Shown here in pieces: positions 57,524 to 64,000 of a stretch of DNA of 64,000 nt (the stretch's first letter is position 1; each line of letters starts with the position of its first letter). The notes below the pieces were generated by a model that worked only from the letters and a program-made list of their open reading frames with translations, ran no database searches and was not told the DNA's origin. The translations under genes were made by a program, and so were the position numbers. The stretch is from IMG/VR virus record IMGVR_UViG_3300032224_001305, positions 37,376 through 101,375 of that record, one strand, 5' to 3'. The stretch is from a virus.

Positions 57524-58315
57524 TCAGTAATCTACAAGGGCTCGTAACTGAACCCAGCCTTTGTAGTTACGTTGTATATCGGGCGTGTCTCCGTGTACTG
57601 CTGGACTATACGGAGTAGCCTGGTGCTCTAGCGGTGACCAGTGCTTAACTACTTCCATATTACGGCCTTTCTTTAGGTCGGTCGGGTAGTTCAGTTCTGG
57701 TAATAAAAACGAAACCCGACCACATCTAGCAGCGCTAACGTAGGCGTCGTTTAGTTGGTTGTCAGTTCTTTCTTCTTCAGGTACTAGCGGTAGATGCCAA
57801 CCGCCAACATCTACTTCTTTTGGCGTACTGGCTGTTAGGGCCTCATACATACTTCTAGCCAACATAGCCGTCTCTGACTGCACGCCTACCCCAAACGCAC
57901 GTACGTCAAAGAAATTGAACGTCTCTGTAGCAGACAAGATTACTACCACATGCGCAAACGGCTCTAATATTCTGTTTAATACTTCCTTATGCAGGTTCAG
58001 TTCTAACCCTTTTTGGTGCTGTGCCAGCGCGTATTCCATACACTCTAGCCACCACGCAGTCGCCGTTTCCGACGATACTTCTTTGTGTGCCTTCATCCCT
58101 GGTTCGTTCTCTCCCCAGAACATAGGCATGGCTGGGTTCTCTCTAACTAGTCGTGCTAGTTTAGCCGCAGGTATTGCGCGAGACGAGGATGTGTTCCTAG
58201 AAAAGGCTCTGTGCGTGAGCACGTGTGCGTGAATGAAACGCGGGTAAATCAACCTAAAGGTAGTTAGCCGGTGCCCACTATTTGTACTATCTGTAATCAC
58301 TTCAGCGCTTATCAT
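57524..58315 (-). CDS. thyX: Flavin-dependent thymidylate synthase (phage Thy1 type)
   Basis: YPRFIH...THR.FSRN.SSSRAIP, LHK...NR.LEPF, SAARC.RVS, H.SPLEH.A. Confidence 0.85.
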   Translation of the reverse strand: MISAEVITDSTNSGHRLTTFRLIYPRFIHAHVLTHRAFSRNTSSSRAIPAAKLARLVRENPAMPMFWGENEPGMKAHKEVSSETATAWWLECMEYALAQHQKGLELNLHKEVLNRILEPFAHVVVILSATETFNFFDVRAFGVGVQSETAMLARSMYEALTASTPKEVDVGGWHLPLVPEEERTDNQLNDAYVSAARCGRVSFLLPELNYPTDLKKGRNMEVVKHWSPLEHQATPYSPAVHGDTPDIQRNYKGWVQLRALVDY

Positions 58316-58782
58316 ATAATTCTCCACCATTCTGGTTCGGCAGTCCGCCACGTGGCGAACAGCACTTTCTCGTTTATATAATACTTTCGATAAGAAATAA
58401 CTGGGTCGTCTGTTTTGTATTGGTCTGGCATAGCCAGTGCAAAAGGCGTGAGACCGTTATCAGGGCACATCGCTGGCACATTTTCACATAGGCGCACTAT
58501 GTTAGCGGCTGTATGTACTCCGCCGTACCGCCTTGTAAACTCCTTGCCTATTTCATCGGCGTGTTCCCATAACCATGCGCAGTTATCCTTAGACTCCATC
58601 GCCCATAACGTACATTTATGTTTAGGGTGCGCAGTCTTGTAGAGTCGCTGTTCTGTTGCTCCGTAATGTCTGCCCACAGTGCTAAGAATTTGTGCCGATT
58701 CAAGCACCATTTTTACTACGTGTTTGTCACATAGATACCTTGCCGCCTGCCTAGGGTCGGCGTCTAGGACAAAGATATTCAT
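58312..58782 (-). CDS. Pyrimidine-dimer DNA glycosylase-like protein (DenV/Pyr_excise family)
   Basis: MNIF.LD.DP..AA...CDKHVVKM.LESAQ.LST...H..H.CT.W...YR.YY. Confidence 0.78.
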   Translation of the reverse strand: MNIFVLDADPRQAARYLCDKHVVKMVLESAQILSTVGRHYGATEQRLYKTAHPKHKCTLWAMESKDNCAWLWEHADEIGKEFTRRYGGVHTAANIVRLCENVPAMCPDNGLTPFALAMPDQYKTDDPVISYRKYYINEKVLFATWRTAEPEWWRII

Positions 58783-59040
58783 GCTGGTATTCACCTAATA
58801 GGTAAAGAAACGCGCCACTCCGTAACGATGGCGCGTTGTGTGTAGGGATATTGGTGGGATAGAAGACGGGAAGTAACGAGGAGAAAATGAAAGGAGACTA
58901 GGACTATATACGGATTTGTGGCCCTACATGTTTATTATACCTGATATTGGCAACTTTATTGCTAGTGCGCTAACCTGTTGGTCTGCTACGGGGCATAATT
59001 TACATACTGTGTACGTGTGTTCCTAAATGAGGCGACATCG

Positions 59041-59880
59041 ATGGCAATAAGCAAAATTCTGAAAGAGTCGTACTTTCCTCTAGAGAAGGTTGCCGTAGAC
59101 GCCACTAACGCATCTCCTACGCAGTCTTTTTTTAACACCGCACGTGACTGGGCAGGTAGAGCCAGAAACTACTTTTCCGGTACAGAAGCCCCTACGCCTA
59201 CAACCGGAGTAAACGCCTCTTTCAATGTACCAACATACACACCGCCTAAGACCGCACCAGCTTCCGGTTCACAACCGATAACGCCTCAGTATCTACGGCA
59301 GAACTTGGCATGGACGGGTGTGGACTTCAGCGCTCCGGCAACACAACCTGCAGCCGCTAAAAGCTCGCCCATAACCATGAAAGCTAACATGGGTTATAGC
59401 TGGTTGGCCAATCAACTAAGTAAGCAAGACCCTAGGTTTAATTGGTCCGCTGAGAACGTACGCCAAGCTACTGGCGGAAGAATGCTGCGGGCAGGAGAGA
59501 CTTTCGATCCTGCAAAGTTTATTACTGGTGATAAGTCAGTTTCTCAAATAGCTGGAGCAGAAAAGGCTACTTACGTTGACCCAGCTGCTAGAAAGAGAGA
59601 AGAAGCCACTGTGAAACGCATACTAGCCGCCAACGCCGCCAAGCGACAGGACGCTAAAGATGTGGCATCGGGTGCAACGCGTCCTGCAACTCCTCAAGAG
59701 ACGCAAGATTTTAACGCGTCTAGAGCAGCCTTTATGGATGCCCAAGCTGAGGCCCTTAGAAATAGAAAGTCTGCTACAAGCGTTGCCACACCCGCCCCAA
59801 CTACTGCAGATACTAAGCAAGCACCCCAACCAACGGGCGCTAAAGCGCCTCAACCAGTAGATAAACCTACTGGTGGCTAG
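59041..59880 (+). CDS. Ala/Pro/Thr-rich putative virion protein (possible LysM-like middle)
   Basis: LEKVA motif; GAGG RBS. Confidence 0.5.
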   Translation: MAISKILKESYFPLEKVAVDATNASPTQSFFNTARDWAGRARNYFSGTEAPTPTTGVNASFNVPTYTPPKTAPASGSQPITPQYLRQNLAWTGVDFSAPATQPAAAKSSPITMKANMGYSWLANQLSKQDPRFNWSAENVRQATGGRMLRAGETFDPAKFITGDKSVSQIAGAEKATYVDPAARKREEATVKRILAANAAKRQDAKDVASGATRPATPQETQDFNASRAAFMDAQAEALRNRKSATSVATPAPTTADTKQAPQPTGAKAPQPVDKPTGG

Positions 59881-59922
59881 ATTAACACCAGTGCCCGTAC
59901 GCGCCTTAAGGAGATAGTACAA

Positions 59923-60378
59923 ATGTTTTTTCTAGCTCAGGTTGTACTGCCCGCAGTACCTACGGCAACATCAGCTACAGGTATAGACATAAACCAGATC
60001 GCTCAGCTAAGTGGCGGCAATCCAGTAATGGTAGTTGCACTAGGAGCGGTAGCGCTTCTTGGTGGAAAGAAGGTATGGGACTTCTTCCAGAAGAAGCAGG
60101 AACTGGCGCACGAACAGAAGATGGAAGAACTAAAGACCATGAAAACTGGTCATGAGGCTTGTGTCGCCAAACAGCAGGCATTAGAGGAAGCACTTCAGGT
60201 GCTAAAGAACAAGTTATCCGAGCTTGAGTCTAAGACAAACGCCTCTGAAAAGAAGGTCGAAGAAGTAGTGGCCACCAGTGAAGCTAAGGTGGAAGAACTA
60301 AAGACTAAAGTGTCTAAGTTAAAAAAGAAGGTCGTTGAAGTTACCAGCGAAGAGAAAGATAAGAAGAAAAAGACTTGA
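59923..60378 (+). CDS. TM + coiled-coil protein
   Basis: AAGGAG RBS; one TM, then a Lys/Glu-rich coil. Confidence 0.65.
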   Translation: MFFLAQVVLPAVPTATSATGIDINQIAQLSGGNPVMVVALGAVALLGGKKVWDFFQKKQELAHEQKMEELKTMKTGHEACVAKQQALEEALQVLKNKLSELESKTNASEKKVEEVVATSEAKVEELKTKVSKLKKKVVEVTSEEKDKKKKT

Positions 60379-61031
60379 GCGAAGACACCAAACACTGCGT
60401 AGTTAAGCCTGGTGAGTCGGTGATAGTAATCGACCGCGGGTATTTATTACCAGATGGAACTACATCGTCGTCTATAGCCAACTGTGACTTTCAAGACGGC
60501 TCTTCTATAGCGTTCAGTTACCAAAAGGACCCGCCTAAGGTAGAGAACCCTGTAGAGGTAACGACTTCTTCTGCTGTGACAGAGACGGATCAACCAGATG
60601 AAGTCACTACCGTCGCGACCGTTGCTGTAGAAGCAACTACTCCTCTTTCACCTGTAGTATCCGAACCTACGTTAGATGTTTCTACCGGTCTGGTTATAGC
60701 AGCAGCCACTGTTGCAACAGCCGCCGCTGTTAGTGCAGCGTCAGCGTCTATGCGTAAAGGCAACTCTAGAAAGAAGCCTAAGGAAACTAAGAGTAACAAA
60801 TCGCAGAAACAGCAAGAGCGAGAGAAAGAAGAGCAGGAAAAGTGTTCTACTGCATCAGACGTAGTATCAGACAAAATAAATGCAGTACTAGCCTCGGCTG
60901 ACGCTAGCCATATCCACAGAGTGTCAATAAAAGAGCCGAAGTCTTTATACGCCGACATAGAAGAACTTCAGCAGGAAGTATCTATATTAACCAAGGTGCT
61001 AAAAAAGAAGAGAAAGGACAGAGACTCGTGA
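60375..61031 (+). CDS. Membrane-associated hypothetical protein
   Basis: Overlapping TTG start; Ala-rich TM segment. Confidence 0.5.
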   Translation: MSEDTKHCVVKPGESVIVIDRGYLLPDGTTSSSIANCDFQDGSSIAFSYQKDPPKVENPVEVTTSSAVTETDQPDEVTTVATVAVEATTPLSPVVSEPTLDVSTGLVIAAATVATAAAVSAASASMRKGNSRKKPKETKSNKSQKQQEREKEEQEKCSTASDVVSDKINAVLASADASHIHRVSIKEPKSLYADIEELQQEVSILTKVLKKKRKDRDS

Positions 61032-61221
61032 TGGGTTGATCCACCACGAGCCTCGTCCTCTAGTAACACACCTTGGTGTTTATTCTTCCGAATAATATGG
61101 CCACTTACCTTTAGGCCATACTCCGTGCTGCAACCTGTACCATTGTTTGAAGTACAGGCCTCCTGGTACGTTTGTATATAAAAACCAGGCGCCTTTGTAC
61201 TCTACTACACACTGACCGTCT

Positions 61222-61797
61222 TTAAGTGGCGGCAGGTACGACTCTTTTAGGGACCTCAAAAGTAGTGTTATCAACGAGTGCTTTCTCCAGCAAGGCCATA
61301 GCGTTGACCAAATTGTCGGTGCAGTTGATTTGCTTGGCATCCACAAGTGTGCTGAACGTATCAAGAACTCCCGAACAGACATTGAAGAAAAAGTCTGTAG
61401 CTTCCGCCGGAAGCTCTAGACCTACCGAAAATGTATATGTATCCTTGCTAGTCGAAAGCGCCCGTATTGATAGAGTGTTTACGTTCGCATTGCCTTGTGC
61501 ATCGTACGTATCAGTACTCTCACTGATCTCTAGCAAGTTCTCTTTGCATAGCACTGTGAAGGACTGGCCTTCACACTCTATCTCCGCCTGAATAACCAAG
61601 TTACCGTCTGTAACGGACCCAGACCATACACTAGTGCCTAGCTCCCTTTCTGCCGCCACCCACGATCTGTACAAGAACTCTTTAAGAGTGGTTGGCATGT
61701 TTGTTGCTGTTGATGCGTAATCAACAACACCAGCATCTCGTAGTTCGTCCTCGATCTCATCCAGTAGGTAACTCAGTACTTCTTCACCTTCGAACAT
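61222..61797 (-). CDS. Hypothetical protein
   Basis: GAGGGG RBS, 191 aa. Confidence 0.6.
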   Translation of the reverse strand: MFEGEEVLSYLLDEIEDELRDAGVVDYASTATNMPTTLKEFLYRSWVAAERELGTSVWSGSVTDGNLVIQAEIECEGQSFTVLCKENLLEISESTDTYDAQGNANVNTLSIRALSTSKDTYTFSVGLELPAEATDFFFNVCSGVLDTFSTLVDAKQINCTDNLVNAMALLEKALVDNTTFEVPKRVVPAAT

Positions 61798-62125
61798 GTT
61801 CCCCTCGTCGCGTTGTTGCGAAATTTTGGTAGAGTAAGTTTGCGCTTTTTCTTTTTATTACTGTTGATACTAAACAGTGCGGACAGCTCTTGCAGAGTGT
61901 ACGCTGGATTTAAAAGGTCTTTCGTTTGCTCATAAGAGAGATGGACGGTAAACATGGTCGTACCTAGTATCTGTGTGGTCCACTCTCATATAACAATTTA
62001 TTGTCTAGGTTTGCGGCCGCGATACATTGCTTGCTTGTAAATACTGCGTTACGCTTACGTTGCGATAATATCGCGCCCGTAGACGTCACGGGTAGACTGT
62101 GTTGCAACATAGAGGAGTACTTAAA

Positions 62126-62557
62126 ATGACACTAGTAGAGCAGTACATGAACGCTGGTATTGACAAGGAAGCCGGAGTCCTGGGTCAGCGCATTAAGATG
62201 CGCGCCAAGGCGATTCTTGGTGGCGGTAAGGCGGAAGCCGAGCGCGCTATGGCGGTCGGTCGCGGTGGCAAGGGCCAGATTGGTCCGGTCACGGCGCGTT
62301 CGTCACAGATGGCTGAGAACTTCCTACAGAAGGGCCGTAATGCCCGTATGGATGCAGGCCTAGGCGCCGCTGCTGCGCTAGGCGCGGCTGGTCTGGTTGG
62401 TGGTGCAGGTATGGCTGCTAAGAAGCTGCTAGCCAAGAAGACCATGGGCCAGAAGCTGATCAGCGCCCTGAAGGCTAACCGCAAGGCGCTAGCCATCGGT
62501 GGTGGCGCGGCGGCGGGCCTCGGTGGTCTGGCGGCGTACAAGAAGGCCAAGGGTTAA
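62126..62557 (+). CDS. Gly/Ala/Lys-rich putative virion protein
   Basis: GAGGAG RBS; IDKEAG; strongly biased codons; followed by hairpin ggccggga/tccggcc. Confidence 0.65.
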   Translation: MTLVEQYMNAGIDKEAGVLGQRIKMRAKAILGGGKAEAERAMAVGRGGKGQIGPVTARSSQMAENFLQKGRNARMDAGLGAAAALGAAGLVGGAGMAAKKLLAKKTMGQKLISALKANRKALAIGGGAAAGLGGLAAYKKAKG

Positions 62558-62649
62558 TCAATAACCTGACGACGTCTTTTCAGCAGGGCCGGGAGTGGGA
62601 AACTACTTCCGGCCTTGTTGTTTCTACTTTACACGATAGAATATTACCC

Positions 62650-62871
62650 ATGATTAAGGGCGATCCAGAAATACCAGTTTCCAAAGATACCATAACCCAT
62701 AATTTTGGGGCGGCTACCCAGCGTATACATTTATTTGCTACGCTACCCGTGGACGAGGTGGTTCGCTATCAATCCAAGATTGTAGCGTTCCTGCTATACA
62801 CCGGAACGTCCCTTACCAATGTAGAACTAGACCCTGTGCCTAGAGGTATAAAAGACATATTGAGAGGTTAG
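62650..62871 (+). CDS. Hypothetical protein
   Basis: 73-aa ORF. Confidence 0.45.
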   Translation: MIKGDPEIPVSKDTITHNFGAATQRIHLFATLPVDEVVRYQSKIVAFLLYTGTSLTNVELDPVPRGIKDILRG

Positions 62872-62873
62872 AT

Positions 62874-64000
62874 ATGCCAGCGCCCTTTGAAGCCATAGCT
62901 GATGCGATCCTAAAAAGAAAAGCTAAGGACAGCGCCTTGGCTGGAATAGCACAGGCCGCTTCTACCATTGCTGGTGGAGAAATTGGCAAGCGTGTAGGCA
63001 CACATATAGCTAAGAAGTCAACTAATGCAGAACTCGCCTCTCTGCAAAAAGAACTAAGCGCAGGTAGAGAGTGGGCTGCTAAGAAGTTTGGGAAAGAAGC
63101 CCCTGAATTCGTAATGTTCCGGCAGTATACAGAATCCGCTAAGTCTAACAACGTACCTGGCGCTCTGAATACCATCAAAGACCAGATGCAGTACAATGCT
63201 CTACGCAGACTCGAACAGGGTCATACAGAACAATTAGCGGCGCATATGTCAAAGTATGAGACACCTGGAAAGGGGTTGGGAATGGTTGCTGGATACGCCG
63301 TAGGCAAGGCTGCTCCTGAGATAGTACATCGTTTTAAAGTAAAGCAGCTAGCTAAGAAACTACGTACTGGTGCAGTAGCCGGTGGCGGAGCCGCAGCCGG
63401 CGGTCTTATTTTGTATAATAAGAAGAAGGGAAAAGTTAAGAAGGCATACCTACAAAAGGTATCTGCTACGCCTTTCCTCCCGGCTGCCGGTAGATCGTTA
63501 GTTGAAGGCGCTGGTGCTCTATTCGGAAAGCTGGTTGGTAGAGGCGCAGAAGCCACCGCTGGAAGAGCTGCAGAATATGGTGCAGGCAACCTAGCACAAC
63601 GGGCGACAGAACTAGCTGGAGAAAGAGCGCTAGGAATAAAGGGCGGCAACACCCTATTCAAACCTGGCGTAAATATGGGAGAGGCGGGTAGGAGTCTAGC
63701 AGAATCTGGTGCTGTAGGGACCGTACCAAAAACTACCATGCCAGTAATGGCCCCACAGACGACCCGAGACTATTTTAGCCTCAGCGCAAACCCAGTCACT
63801 ACAAACTACAAAAATGTAGGGACAGCTGTTGCTACACCAATGCCTGGACAGACTGGGTTTGGCGTTCTGAATAGTGCGTTTAATCCTGACGCCGCCGCAC
63901 TAGCTTTTCGTCCGTTAGAAGTTGCTAGAGCACAGAGAGCGACCGGACGAGCCATACTTGGACAAGGAGCTGCTGTGCAGACAGCCGCTAGAGAAGCCGC
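62874..64000 (+). CDS. Gly/Ala-rich putative virion protein, runs off window end (not in ORF track)
   Basis: GAGG RBS, ATG 62874, open frame MPAPFEAIADAILKRKA... to the window end; KKAYLQKVSA motif. Confidence 0.65.
   Translation, partial: MPAPFEAIADAILKRKAKDSALAGIAQAASTIAGGEIGKRVGTHIAKKSTNAELASLQKELSAGREWAAKKFGKEAPEFVMFRQYTESAKSNNVPGALNTIKDQMQYNALRRLEQGHTEQLAAHMSKYETPGKGLGMVAGYAVGKAAPEIVHRFKVKQLAKKLRTGAVAGGGAAAGGLILYNKKKGKVKKAYLQKVSATPFLPAAGRSLVEGAGALFGKLVGRGAEATAGRAAEYGAGNLAQRATELAGERALGIKGGNTLFKPGVNMGEAGRSLAESGAVGTVPKTTMPVMAPQTTRDYFSLSANPVTTNYKNVGTAVATPMPGQTGFGVLNSAFNPDAAALAFRPLEVARAQRATGRAILGQGAAVQTAAREA

Noticed and set aside
62840-63739. Minus-strand ORFs 62840-63196 and 63221-63739
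   Set aside because: Antisense shadows of the plus-strand gene starting at 62874.

Overview
This window looks like part of a large lytic (jumbo-type) dsDNA phage genome. It reads in standard code 11, and the host is probably GC-rich, possibly Myxococcota/Deltaproteobacteria (inferred from a myxobacterial-style SspB, a Cys-repeat lipoprotein and a tRNA set that decodes A-ending codons). Minus-strand blocks of small early/metabolic genes (class II RNR, ThyX, thymidine kinase, TilS, 12 tRNAs, SspB, DenV-like glycosylase, HNH) alternate with plus-strand blocks of probable virion and lysis genes (tail chaperone pair, tape-measure-like protein, many Gly/Ala/Lys-rich proteins sharing an RxxLxKxA leader, Dps, endolysin, LigD-like ligase). 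Two systems stand out. (1) At 54341-57521, a retron-type reverse transcriptase is preceded by a tandem array of four divergent retron-like ncRNA units. Each unit has co-varying a1/a2 arms, a branching-G position, a conserved UGYUUCG msr loop and its own distinct msd hairpin. A translationally coupled DUF2325-like/HTH partner gene follows the RT. (2) At 1-2534, a phage-encoded ubiquitin-like conjugation operon (Ubl, E2-like, JAB peptidase, E1/ThiF) runs off the window edge. All calls come from reading motifs by eye; no database searches or folding programs were run.
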